DNA of 64,000 bases from the human T2T-CHM13v2.0 reference genome, Homo sapiens: the NCBI RefSeq assembly GCF_009914755.1, contig NC_060927.1. One strand, given 5' to 3'. A program made the position numbers and the translations under genes. Positions 14,429-28,779 of this stretch are shown here, in pieces. The notes beneath the pieces are model-generated. The model worked only from the letters and a program-made list of their open reading frames with translations, was not told where the DNA came from and did not search any database. Every line of letters starts with the position of its first letter. Within the stretch, counting starts at the first letter, position 1.

Positions 14429-15216
14429 ATTTAAAAGGTTGAATTAACAATGTGTAAACAACTAAACAATCTTTCTAGCAAGTTAGAAAAACGCACTAAA
14501 GATGGCTCAGAAACTCAATATTGAAGTTTTGGGGGTGCTGGGATTTAAAAATAGAACCTGGTGAGAAGCAGTCTTGCTGTGTCAACTCTTAGAATTCTGT
14601 ATTAAGAAAATCCAGAAAAGCTTTATTTTAAGCAAACTCTGAATGGCTTAGCTGCAGTTCATGGATACATCAGAACATTCCCTTGATGGTTCACTTTCTT
14701 GTGAACTTAAAATCAAGCAGCATGAAGAGTTCTAGTTCTGGCCTGACCAATCCTCCTACCCCCAACCTTACAAAAAGCCAACTGAACCAAACTCAGGTGC
14801 TGCTAAGTAACTGGAGCAGAACCCCAGCAGTGAACCTTCACTGCCAACCATTTTGAAGTCCACCTCTTTGTTAAATCTTCTTTTAACACAGACTGGATTT
14901 TTTATAGTATATTTCAGGGATGATGTAAAATATTAAGGATACAGAAAAAGAATGACTGCAGATGGTGGATTTGGAAAGTGGGTAGAGAAGAACTTTGGTT
15001 TGTGTCAAATCAGGGTTCTAGCCTTGTTTTGATCACTTTTTTCTCATAGGGCTTGCCATTTCAACTCTTTTGAGCTCAGTTTTTCCCATATTCAAAGGCT
15101 TGTACCTTTGAGGTACCTGAAGACCAGACGATCTTTCACATTGTTAATCCTATGATTTCATTTTTTAGCTATTGGAAAGTCAGTTCATTAGTAATTTTGT
15201 AGTGATTAAAAAAGAG

Positions 15217-15565
<349 letters not shown>

Positions 15566-17499
15566 CTAACCCTGATAAAAATATACCATTAACCCAAATA
15601 CCCAGGAGGATTTAGTGTCTTCTACCAGCTGTTATGTACACTTCCCCCACATCTGTTAAACTTAATATTTCATAATAACCAACTGAAATGGTGGCAACAA
15701 ACCCAAGTCTCCATTCTAATGCAACAAATAAAAGTAGTTGAAATTGGATGTGTAAATATGTTTCTCAAGAAGGAACTTGCTGGTGCTCAGTTGTCTTTAA
15801 GTGTGTATGTAAACACCTGCTTTAGAAAAACTAAGCAGACAACAAGATGTAGAATTCACTGAAGATACATTTGTGGAGACACAAATGTAGTTAGGAGTTA
15901 AATCATAGGTAACAACCCTGAAAGAAGGTAGCAGCACAAAGAATGGAATTGCCAGGTTTTGGCAAGTTGGGCATTGTAAAGAAATAAACTTGGATATATA
16001 TTCAAGTGCCATTTTTGGAGATTATTTTCTGAAAAATCAGTAAAATGCCATTATCAAGATAAAACTTCAAAATGCAAGTATACATATTGTCTCACAAAGA
16101 ATGGGGGATGGACTTGGAATGCTGATTCTAGCATTGGTCTTGGAATTGACTGACTTCATTAGCAATATCTTGCATAGACCTTCAAGGAAACAGAAATCCG
16201 TGGTAGGGATAATTCTGAGGCCATGGAACAGAGCTAAGTTGTCTGGTTCTACCCACTATAGGCAGACAGGGACCATGGTCTGGCATCTTATATGTATTCT
16301 TCAGCATATCTAGGAAAGTTTAGATGCTTCGTAGAATTAAGAAGTATCACCACGATCTAGGAGAGCATGATAATACTTTAAAATGAGACTATCTCTACTA
16401 ATGATTGACTGTTTTGAACAGAGTTCCTATATTTAGGTATAACTTTTTCAGAAATGCTCACCATGCTTAGTTTACATATTCAACCTTCTACTTAAAAACC
16501 TCTCATGACATATGTGATAGATATGGGATTTCCTCTTTTATTTTTAGTAGAAAAATAAAAACAGAAATGTCAGATAACTAGTTTACAAAATTTATCCATT
16601 TATACATTATATTCCTACCATACTAGCTATGTTATGAGATGCTTAAAAGTATTATTTTCCTTAATGACATAATTGACATATTTATATCTCAATGTAATGA
16701 TATAAAGCAATTGTAATTTATATCACTTGTAATGATATAAAGCAATTTTTATTTCCCATAAACTTGGCCTTATGCACTTAGATTATGAAAATGATTGATT
16801 GAGAATAGTGGCTTATTCAATCAACTTTGACACAATTATTCCATGAATATTGTTTATCAAAAGAGTAGTCACCTAAAAGAATTACATAAAAAATCAAGTT
16901 TGGCTGTTTCCACAGCATATATCAATTCAAATGATAAAAGTGTGATTTGTGTATCAATATAGAGGTGCCCTGAAGTTAAGAATATGTTATTTTATACCAT
17001 AAAATCACATTCAGGTTTTGCCACTTTCCGATAAACTCCTTACCACATATTTCCCAACATTCACATGGAGGGCACTTATTAAATTATAGCATTAAATGTT
17101 GCATAGTTGAGCTGAAAATTACTTATAGGTACAGATGATAGTGCTTAGTTGATAAAAGTCAGTACATCTTTATTTCAGTGCTGCCATGGCCAGTCAGTAC
17201 CATTGGATCTTGTGCCAGTTACTTAATACATTTAAACCTTCATTTCCTCATATGTAAGGTGAATGGATCAGATGAGATTATTTCTAGTGTCTTCCAGTCC
17301 CACTATTCTATGCATCTATGCTTATAAAAGCATGTTTCTTTGGTCGCATTTAGAAATTTCACATAGGTACTTTAATCATTTGCACTAGAGAAAAGATCTT
17401 GGCCCATGTCTTTCTTACATATTTCCCCCATATTTTAAAGTAACATGAAATTCCTTTCATTAGCTCCTATTTCTCCTCACGGTATGTCATTCTGATATC

Positions 17500-17801
<302 letters not shown>

Positions 17802-19962
17802 CATTCTGATATCTTTACTGTTGGTTGTTAGTACCAATAATTCCTTGAGTGCTTACCTTGTCCCAGGAACATTGCTCAGCATTTTACTTACATTATTTTG
17901 TTTAATTTTCACAGACTCCTGAGGTAAGTACTCTTATTATTCTTATTTTATTGATGAGGCAACTGAAATGTAAATGTGCTGGGTATATTTCCATTAGCTC
18001 ACTTGGCTAGTCTGCTTTGAAGCTATGATTAAAACCTGTTTATATAATTCCTATCCCCATGTATAAACAACTCTATAATACCCCCAATGGACACAGGATG
18101 TGCAGCCCATTATCCCTGAAAAAATCTGGGGACATGCCTAACACTTAGGAACCACCACACTCCTTGCATTCTACATGTATTCCTGAGTGTAGCTGAAAAC
18201 TCTGGAGACTCCTGGCAGCCTGCTTCCTCACCTCCACGGAGATAGCACCAAACCGACTTACTGTCTTTAACCTGACTTGGAGCTCCCGGATGCTTGCCCA
18301 TTTGACCTCTGGTATCTGTTGATTGTATAGCACTGGGGCAGGCCACAAATAATTTCAAGTATGTGCTTATTGCATCCTGGATGCACTGTCACTCCAGCTC
18401 ATCAGGTTTTACAAGCATAGTCGCAAGGCCAAGGTGACTATATCTACTGCAGACTCATGCTGTTTTATAATAGCTGGATCCTCACAGCTGCTGGGCAATT
18501 TCTTATCATCACTGCTACAAAGATTGACCCCTTTTGCCAACCAGAGCTCTTTCTTCTTCAGGATGACCTGGCTGCTTTCCTGAGCTGCCCAAGGTCTCAG
18601 CATCCTTTTTTTTCCCCCTCTACTCATCTCTGGGTGTTTACCCTCTGGTTCTTTCTTTTTGTCTATTTTTTAGGAGAAAGCATTGTCTGGCAGGATGAAG
18701 CTCTTTACCTGTGGTTCAGATCTCATTGCCCTCACATTGATTTTGCCACTTTGCTTCACCAGCTATTCATTCACATGCGTCTTCCATCTCTGACTCTCCC
18801 TCAGTTCTTTCCCTCTATGTATAAACAGGCATAGCTCTTCTTCTGTCTAAATAATTTCTAACACTATACCATCCATTCTCTTTCTCCCTGTCTCTCTTTT
18901 CTCTTTAGAAGACATGATGTTCCTTTTCTGTTAACTTTTCAAGAAGATAAATCATAGGTAGACATAACAAAGTATATTTTCTTAGCTTTAGTTATTTATT
19001 TGATACAAAAAAATCAAATCTAGGCTCATTCCTAGTTCCTAGATATTTAATTCCCATGGCGCTTATTTATAAAAGTAGCATATTAGACATTTGTTTTTGT
19101 TCTTAAAACATAGAAGGAGACAATACTGATGTTATCTCCTGAGCCCTACTTATGTGTGAGGGTCTGTGAGTCATAGGCATGAATCAGACCCCAGAGAACA
19201 AATAGTCTAATCATCAAAATGAAGACAGAGTAGAGACATAGAAAGCAGATATACCCTGATGTGACACTATATGCAGCATATTCTTCCCAGCCTCATAGAA
19301 GTGTCCAAATTGTTAGATTGCTTAAGATTTGGTCATGCCAGGTACATTATTTAATTTTGAAAGCCAAAAGGAATCTTAAGAATATTTAGTCTGACTTTCA
19401 TTCCCCCATGTTACAGATAAGAGAAAAAAGGAGGTTCAAGAAAGGTTGAATGATTTACTTAACGTCACACAACTTATTAATGACAGAGTTGGTGCTAATC
19501 TAATCTACAGTGCTCTTTTTATTTTATCAGGATTAAAAAATCTCTTCAAAGCTTCATTTTAGCGGTTAGCATAATTATGATGCATGGTAGGTGCTCACAA
19601 ATGTTTGTAATGCAGATGAGAAAAATCAATGACTGTGTGTTTTTTAAACACTGAATTTTATGCCAGAGCTGGAGTAGGTAAAACAGAGATGCAGTGGAAA
19701 CGTAACAGATGGCTCCCACTCAGAAAAAAGTACTGTGTGTAGCATGTAAGTCCTCAATAATTATTTGTGGAATAAATAAAATTTCCAGAAATGGAGCAAT
19801 TAAAGAACAAGTATTAAATTATGTGGAGCAGCGCACACGAATTTCAAGATGGTTAAGAAGCATGTGAGATAAAATCATAATACAAGAAGACTTCAGAGGG
19901 AATTCATAAGACTTTATGAAGAAGACTTCATAAAGTATTTGATTTTTGACCTGGTTCTTTGC

Positions 19963-20023
19963 ATGTATGTATGTATGTATGTGTTTATGTATGTATGTAT
20001 GTATGTATGTACATATGTATGTA
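19963..20023. repeat. (TATG)n microsatellite
   Basis: Visible imperfect tetranucleotide array. Confidence 0.9.
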
Positions 20024-20444
20024 TTTTTCCTTGCAGAACGCACAGTCTATAACTTAGTTTTTAGGTGATGAAAATAAGATTTAGTTAAAAGATTGTATAA
20101 TCATTTTTACTGGGTGTGGATAACACTTAAAAAAAAACTCCCCCCCGTTATTACAAGAGTAACATGTTCACTATAGAAAATATAGATAAGAAAAAGAAGG
20201 AAAGAAAGAAAAACTAATATAACCACCAGCAAGAGTTCACTGTTCACATTTTGGTGTATGCTCTTCCAGAGTTTATATAATTGTCTGTTTCTTTGATTTC
20301 CATTTATCTGATTACTAGTCAATTTGAGCACGTAATTAATAAGTTTTTCATCAATTTGCACAAGTTCTTTGGCAAAATGCCTACTCATATCTTTTGCCCA
20401 TTTTCCTATTGAGTTTTTGATAAATACAGAAATGATTTTCTTAG

Positions 20445-21093
<649 letters not shown>

Positions 21094-21249
21094 ATATATC
21101 ATTTTATAATTGCTTTTAAAATTTAATATATTATGAGCCTTCTTCCTGTAAATATGTGTAGTTCCACAATGTCACTTTCAATGTCTGTGTAGTGTTACAT
21201 AGTTTATCTCTAATGGTGGACATTCAGGTTTTTAGATCAGTTTGCTGTT

Positions 21250-21412
21250 GTCCAGCTTGCCAACTGCCACCCAAGGAAAGCTATCACAAGCCGAGCCATT
21301 CCAGACCAGAAGAATCACCCAGCCATCCCATAGATAAATGGGAAATAACAAATGTTTGAAGTTTAAGCTGCTACATTTTTGGAAGGTTTTTTATACATTA
21401 AAAGTTAATGAA
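21250..21412 (+). mobile_element. MLT1-type MaLR LTR 3' fragment
   Basis: 'aagaatcacccagcc...aaatgtttgaagtttaagctgctacattttgg' resembles MLT1 3' ends. Confidence 0.5.
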
Positions 21413-21717
21413 TGTGAATTCTGACCTTCAGATTAACCTTTGCCAGCTTCTAGTGTGTGATGTCTTCTGGTTGTGGGAATCCACTCACTCAAATCTTCTA
21501 GCGAAGTGCTCCAAATATTTTTCCATGGCCTCTTTGTTACCCCTCCATTTTTATCCAGCTCCTCCTCCTGGGCTATCTTTTGTCCCTCAACCCCTCAGAC
21601 ACCCCTTATCCCAGAGTAAAGTGTTTAGGGCACACTTGACACCCCTGGATAGGGCCAGAGGGGCTGGGCAAGTGAAGGGAGTCATCATCCACTGGCTGGA
21701 AAAACCATGTACATAAA

Positions 21718-22406
21718 TGTGATGGTTAATACTGAGTGTCAACTTGATCGAAGGATGCAAAGTATTGATCCTGGGTGTGTCTGTGAGGGTGTTGCCAAAG
21801 GAGATTAACATGTGAGTCAGTGGGCTGGGAAAGGCAGACCCACTCTTTATCTGGGTGGGCATCATCTAATCAGCTGCCAGCGTGACTAGAATATAAGCAG
21901 GCAGAAAAATGTGAAAAGACTATACTGGCTTAGCCCCTAGCCTACATCTTTCTCCCGTGCTGGATGCTTCCTGTCCTTGGACATCGGACTCCAAGTTCTT
22001 CTGTTTTGGGACTCGGACTGGCTCTCCTTGCTCCTCAGCTTCCAGATGGCCTATTGTGAAACCTTTTGATTGTGTGAGTTAATACTTAATAAACTCCCAT
22101 CTATATATATGTAGTTAGTGTGAGTTAATACTTAATAAACTCCCCTATATATATATATGTAGTTATATATATAGCATAGAGAGTATATATATAGTATATA
22201 TATACACACACTATATATACTATATATATACACTATATATACACACACTATATACATACTATATATACTATATATGTATATACACTATATACTATATATA
22301 GTGTGTATATATACACACACTATCTACATAGTGTGTATATATATAGTATATATATTTTTTATATATGTATATAGTTCTCTCCCTCTGGGGAACTCTGACA
22401 AATACA
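21718..22406 (+). mobile_element. 5' LTR, MLT2A1-like, with expanded (TA)n region
   Basis: Starts tgtgatggttaatactgagtgtcaac and ends ctgacaaataca; AATAAA present; TA/CA microsatellite at about 22146-22373. Confidence 0.9.
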
Positions 22407-22540
22407 GATCTTGGTAACAGGAGTGGTTCTAGAGGAACAGAATATTAAGGATGGGGTTCTTTGGTTGGTTTTGGGGTTTCTGGAGTTGGCTGCTTAATAT
22501 GATTAGACCCCAAAATGCCAAGGACTCTACTTCTAATAAT

Positions 22541-24120
22541 ATGGAGAACACTGATAGTCCTTAGTGTGAAATGTTTAGAGAGTTATGCAAAATAAATGCA
22601 TTTGACACTCCTGATTCACTGCTTGTGAGAGGCAAGCTGTTTAGTGACTCTATACATAATACCTCTGACCATATGTGGAGAACCAAGGAACATGATGAAG
22701 CTTGTTTGTTGCTCCTTAGTTCAGTAGACAAAGTGATGAAAGAAACTGATGAACTCAGGGATTCTAACTCCCGGCTTCAGAAGCAAATAAGACTCATATC
22801 TACTAAGATTGCCCTGACTGAGAGTCTTATCTCCTGTAGAGAATGAGCTGAAATTGTAAAAAAACAGACACAAGCTCTTATCAAGCAAGTGGCTGACCTG
22901 CAACGAAAGGTGCATGCACAGCCTCTCCAGGTGTCTACTGTTAAAGTGAGCGCATTGATTGGAAAAGAATGGGACCCTGCAACTTGGAATGGGGACGTGT
23001 GGGAGGACCCTGATGAAGCTGGGGACACTGAGTGTGTAAATTCTGATGAACCTTTTTTGCCAGAAGAAACAGCTTCCCCATTCCCGTAAAGTGGCAACAT
23101 CCCCTTTCCAACCCACACTGCCATCAGCCTTTCCACCTTTGTCTGAGGAGATAAACTCTGCTGCCTGAGGTAAGAGTGGTGGCCTCCCTTGAGGTAGTTG
23201 CCAAGCAAGATAATGTTGATTCTCATCAGGAGCCACCCCCAACACCCCTGTTAGCTTCTAGACCTATAACAAGGCTAATGCCCCAGCAGGGCCCTAGAGG
23301 TGAGGGTGAGGAGGTGTGCTACACTCGAAAAGAGCTGCTTGAGTTTTCTAATTTATATATGCAGAAATCTGGAGAGCAGGCATGGGAATGGATATTAAGG
23401 GTGTGGGATAATGGGGGAAGGAACATAGAGTTGGATCAGGCTGATTTTATTGATTTGGGCCCACTAAGTAGGGACTCTGCATTTAATGTTGCAGCTTAGG
23501 GAGTTAAAAAGGGTTCTAATAGTTTATTTGCTTGGTTAGCTGAAATATGGATTAAAAGATGGCCCACTGCGAGTGAGCTGGAAATGCCTGATTTCCCTTG
23601 GCTTAATGTAGAGGAAGGGATCCAAAAGCTTAGGGAGATTGGGATGGTAGAATGGATAAGTCACTTTAGGCCTACTCATCCCAGCTAGGAGGGTCCAGAA
23701 GATACACCCTTGACCAATGCCTTGTGAAATAGATTTGTGAGGGCAGCACCTGCATCTTTGAAGAGCCCTGTAATTGCTCTTCTCTGTATGTCACATCTAA
23801 CCATGGGAACTGCAGTCACTCAACTACAAAATTTAAATACAATGGGAATAATTGGATTGCAAGGTGGCAGGAGCCAAGTGGCAGCTTTCAACCAACAAAG
23901 GCAAGGTGGGCGTAGCTACTGTAATGGACAGCAGAGGCAAAGCAGCAATCAGAATAGTCTGACTCATGTAGAGCTCTGTCATTGGCTAATTAATCATGGT
24001 GTTCCTAGAAGTGAAATTGATAGGAAGTCTACCGCATTCCTACTTAATTTATATAAGCAGAAAAATTCCAGGTTGAATGGACAAAAGACTAATTTGAATT
24101 ATAAAAACAGAGAATCATAG
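22541..24120 (+). pseudogene. HERV-L gag, disrupted
   Basis: ORF fragments 'KVSALIGKEWDPATWNGDVWED' and 'QAWEWILRVWDNGGRNI', separated by stops and frameshifts. Confidence 0.88.
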
Positions 24121-24249
24121 CTCCTCAATCAATTTTCAGACTTGAGCCAGTTTACAGACCCAGACCCCTTGAATGAAGGGGAGGCTGGGTCCCCCTGAGG
24201 AAGGATCCCACTACATCACCAACAATTTATGCTGTTAATCTTTCTCCTA

Positions 24250-27200
24250 TCCTTCCCCAAGGAGACCTCCAGCCTTTTATCGGGGTAACTGTGCACTGGG
24301 GAAAGGGAAGTGATCAGACATTTCAGGGACTACTGGACACTGGCTCTGAGCTGATGTTGATTCCAGGGGACCCAAAACAGCATTGTGGTCCTCCAGTTAA
24401 AGTAGGGGCTTATGGAGGTCAGGTAATTAATGGAGTTTTGACTTACAGTGGGTCCAGTGGGTTCCCTGACTCATCTTGTGGTCATTTCCCTAGTGCCAGA
24501 ATGCATAATTGGCATAGACATGCTTAGCTGGCAGAACCCCCACATTGGCTCCCTGATTGGTAAGGTGAGGGCTATTATGGTGGGAAAGGTCAAATGGAAG
24601 CCATTAGAGCTGCCTCTACCTAGAAAAATAGCAAATCAAAAACAATATCACATCCCTGGAGGGGTTGCAGAGATTAGTGCCACCATCGAGGACTTGAAAG
24701 ATGCAGGGGTGGTAATTCCCACCACATCCCCATTCAACTCTCCCATTTGGCCTGTGCAGTAAATGGATAGATCTTAGAGAATGACAGTGGATTATTATAA
24801 GCTTAACCAAGTGGTGACTCCAATTGCAAGTGCTTTACCAGATGTGATTTCATTGCTGGAGCAAATTAACACATCTCCTGCTACCTGGTATGCAGCCACT
24901 GACTTGGCAAATGCCTTTTTCTCCATTCCTGTCCATAAGGCCCACCAGAAGCAATTTGTCTTCAGCTGGCAAGACAAGCAATATACCTTTATTGTCCTAC
25001 CTCAGGGGTATATCAACTCTCTGGCTTTGTGTCATAATCTTATTCAAAGAGACATTGATCACTTTTCGCTTCCAGAAGATATCACACTGGTCCATTACAT
25101 TGATGACATTATGCTGATTGGATTCAGTGAGTAAGAAGTAGAAAACACACTGGAGTTATTGGTGAAACATTTGTGTGCCACAGGATGGGAAATAAATCTG
25201 ACTAAAATTCAGGGACCTTCTACCTCAGTAAAATTTCTAGGGGTCCAGTGGTGTTGGGCCTGTCGAGATATTCCTTCTAAGGTAAAGGATAAATTGCTGC
25301 ATTTGGCCCCTCCTACAACCAAGAAAGAGGCACAATGCTTAGTGGGCCTATCTGGATTTTGGAGGCAACACATTCCTCATTTGGGTGTGTTACTCAGGCC
25401 CACTGATTAAGTAACCCGAAAGTCTGCCAGTTTGGAGTGGGGTCCAGAACAGGAAAAGGCTTTGCAACAGGTCCAGGCTGCCGTGCAAGTTGCTCTGCCA
25501 CTTGGGCCATGTGACCCAGCAGATCCAATGGTGTTTTAGGTGTCAGTGGCAGATAGGGATGCTATTTGGAGCCTTCGGCAGACCTCTATAGGTGAATCAC
25601 AGAGGAGGCCTCTAGGATTTTGGAGCAAGGCCCTGCCATCTTCTGCAGATAACTACTCTCCTTTTGAGAGACAGCTCTTGGTCTGTTACTGGGCTTTGGT
25701 GGAAACTGAACGTTTGACAATGGGTCATCAAGTCACTATGTGACCTGAACTGCCTATCATGAACTGGGCGCTTTCTGATCCATCTAGCGATAAAGTGGGC
25801 CATGGACAGCAGCATTCCATCATCAAATGAAAGTGGTATATACATGATCAGGCTGGAACAGGTCCTGAAGGCATAAATAAGTTACATGAAGAAGTGACTC
25901 AAATGCCCATGGTCTCCACTCCTTCCACCCTGCCTTCTCTCCTCCAGCCTGCACCAATGGCCTCAGGGGGAGTTCCCTATGGTCAGTTGACAGAGGAAGA
26001 GAAGACTAGGGTCTGGTTCACAGACGGTTCTGCAGGATATGCAGGCACCACCCAAAAGTGGACAGCTGCAGCACTACAGCCTCTTTTTAGGACATCTCTG
26101 AAAGACAGCAGTGAAAGGAAGTCTTCCCAGTGGGCAGAACTTCAAGCAATGCACCTGGTTGTGCACTTTACATGGAAGGAGAAATGGCCAGATGCTTGAT
26201 TATATACTGATTCATGGGCTGTAGCCAATGGTTTGGCTGGATGGTCAGGCATTTGGAAGAAGCATGATTGGAAAATTGGTGACAAAGAAATTTGGGGAAA
26301 AGGTATGTGGATGGACCTCTCTGAATGGTCAAAAACTGTGAAGAAATTTGTATCCCATGTGAGTGCTCACCAATGGGTGACCTCAGCAGAGGAGGATGTT
26401 AATAATCAAGTGGATAGGATGACCTGTTCTATGGACACCACTCAGCCTCTTCCCCCAGCCACCCCTGTCATCGCCCAATGGTCCCATGAACAAAGTGGAC
26501 ATAATGGCAGAGATGGAGTTACACATGGGCTCAGCAACATGGACTTCTACTCACCAAGACTGACCTGGCTACAGCCACTGCTGAGTGCCCAATTTGCCAG
26601 CAGCAGAGGCCAACACTGAGCTCTCAATATGGCACCATTCCTCGGGGTGATCAGCCAGCTACCTGGTGGCAGATTGACTGTATTGGACCTCTTCCATCAT
26701 AGAAAGGGCAGAGGTTTGTCCCCACTGGAATAGACACTTACTCTGGATATGGGTTTGCCTATTCTGCATGCAATGCTTCTGCCAAGACTACCATCCATGG
26801 AATCACGGAATGCCTTATCCACCATCATGGTATTCCACACAGCATTGCCTCTGACCAAGTCACTCGCTTTATGGCTAAAGAAGTGTGGCAGTGGGCTCAT
26901 GCTCATGGAACTCACTGGTCTTATCATGTTCCCCATCATCCTGAAGCAGCCGGATTGACAGAACTGTGGAGTGGCTTTTTGAAGGCATAATTATGAAGGC
27001 ACAATTACAACGCCAACTAGGTGACAATACTTTGCAAGCCTGGGGCAAAGTTCTCCAGAAGGCCATGTATGCTCTGAATCAGCGTCCAATATATGGTACA
27101 GTTTTTCCCACAGCCAGGAGTCACGGGTCCAGGAATCAAGGGATAGAAGTGGAAGTGGCACCATTCACCATCACCTCTAGTGATCCACTAGCAAGATTTT
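24250..27200 (+). pseudogene. HERV-L pro-pol (protease, RT, RNase H, integrase), disrupted
   Basis: Protease LLDTGS (~24330), RT 'DLANAFFSIP', 'LPQGY' and YIDD (25096-25107), RNase H WFTDGS (~26015), integrase HEQSGH...CPIC; many in-frame stops. Confidence 0.92.
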
Positions 27201-27600
27201 TGCTTCTTGTTTCCATGACATTACGTTCTTCTGGCCTAGAGGTCTTAGTTCCAGAGGGAGGAATGCTGCCACCAGGAGACACACAATTTCATTAAACTGG
27301 AAGTTAGGATTGCCACCTGGACACTTTGAGCTCCTCCTACCTTTAAGTCAACAGGCTAAGAATGGAGTTACAGTGTTGGCTGGGGTGACTGACCAGGCTA
27401 TCAAGATGAAATCAGTCTACTACTCCACAATGGAGGTAAGGAAGAGTATGCATGGAATACAGGAGATCCATTAGGGTGTCTCTTAGTATTATCATGCCCT
27501 GTGATTAAGGTCAATGGGAAACTACAACAGCCCAATCCAGGCAGGACTACACATGGCCCAGACCCTTTAGGAATGAAGGTTTGGGTCACTCCTCCAGGAA
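27200..27600 (+). pseudogene. HERV-L dUTPase remnant downstream of integrase
   Basis: 'GLEVLVPEGGMLPPGDT' followed, after a frameshift, by 'LNWKLGLPPGHFELLLPLSQQAKNGVTVLAGV'; this position is typical of ERV-L. Confidence 0.75.
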
Positions 27601-28028
27601 AAAAAACCACGACCTGCTGAGGTGCTAGGTGAATCAAAGGGAATACAGAATGGGTAGCAGAAGGAGGTAGTCATCAATACCAGCTATGACCACGTGACTA
27701 GCTGCAGAAACAAGGACTGTAATTGACATATTTCCTCCTTCTTTTGTTAAAAACATGTTTGTGCATGTATATACTTGTACTAAGAAGATATGTTGATTTT
27801 ATTTCCTTTTTCCCTTATCACGTGACATCAGATTTATTGATTTCATACCAGCATTTAAGTATTGTTAACTTTATGTAGTAATATTTAGGTTGGGGATTGG
27901 TGCATTTCTGGTTGTACGAGGATAGTTGTATTATGTTAGGTGTAATTATGACCTTATTATTGTCTTTATTGAAGATTATGTGTGATCTCAGGAGATATGT
28001 GTGGGTTCAAGTTGACAAGGGGTGGACT

Positions 28029-28527
28029 TGTGATGGTTAATATTGAGTATCAACTGGATTGAATTGAAGGATGCAAAGTATTGATCCTGGGTGTGTCTAT
28101 GAGGGTGTTGCCAAAGGAGATTAACATTTGAGTCAGTGGGCTGGGAAAGGCAGACCCACCCTTAATCTGGGTGGGCACCATCTAATCAGCTGCCAGCTTG
28201 GCTAGAATACAAAGCAGGCAGGAAAATGTGAAAAGACTAGACTGGCCTAGCCTTCAAACTACATCTTTCTCCCGTGCTGGATGCTTCCTGCCCTTGAACA
28301 TCGGACTCCAAGTTCTTCTGTTTTGGGACTTGCACTGGCTCTCCTTGCTCCTCAGCTTGCAGATGGCCAATTGTGGGACCTTATGATCATGTGAGTTAAT
28401 ACTTAATAAACTCCCCTTTATATTCATATATATATATAAAATAAAATATATAATATATATGGATATATAGAAGATATATATATATATCATATTAGTTCTG
28501 TTTCTCTAGAGAACTCTGACTTATACA
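28029..28527 (+). mobile_element. 3' LTR, MLT2A1-like
   Basis: Direct repeat of the 5' LTR; ends ctgacttataca. Confidence 0.9.
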
Positions 28528-28779
28528 CCCACCGTCTCTCTGATAAAAACGAACTTGGTAAATAAACTCTTTGTGCACATGTTAAAAGAAAACAAATTTT
28601 TTTTTTTGTTGTCATTGCTCATAGAGGAACGCTTCAAACCATATATTTGTAGCTAAACCTATGTACACATCTTTTGGACAGAGGGTTGATAAACAGTGTT
28701 CACTACATTTATTTTTCATTGTGCTTTCAAGTAATAACCTGTGAATTTTATTTGAAGTCATTAAGTTTTAATCATTTTT

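Larger units (their letters stand above)
21718..28527 (+). mobile_element. Full-length decayed HERV-L provirus (LTR-gag-pro-pol-dUTPase-LTR, no env)
   Basis: Paired TG...CA LTRs, PBS-like 'ttggtaacaggagtggttc' after the 5' LTR, PPT 'gacaaggggtggact' before the 3' LTR, and ERV-L gag/pol motifs in the ORF track. Confidence 0.96.

Noticed and set aside
18110-18630. Possible processed pseudogene or exon (several short minus-strand ORFs, a GTAAGT near 18256-18261)
   Set aside because: No recognisable protein similarity, poly(A) tail or TSD; more likely an old repeat or unique intronic DNA. BLAST or RepeatMasker would settle it.
22571-27637. HERV-L ORFs as a domesticated or intact gene (Fv1-like gag, RT, dUTPase)
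   Set aside because: The sense frames are broken by stops and frameshifts into pieces of at most about 130 codons, including a 14-bp duplication at 26980-27007 in integrase; no selectively preserved ORF.
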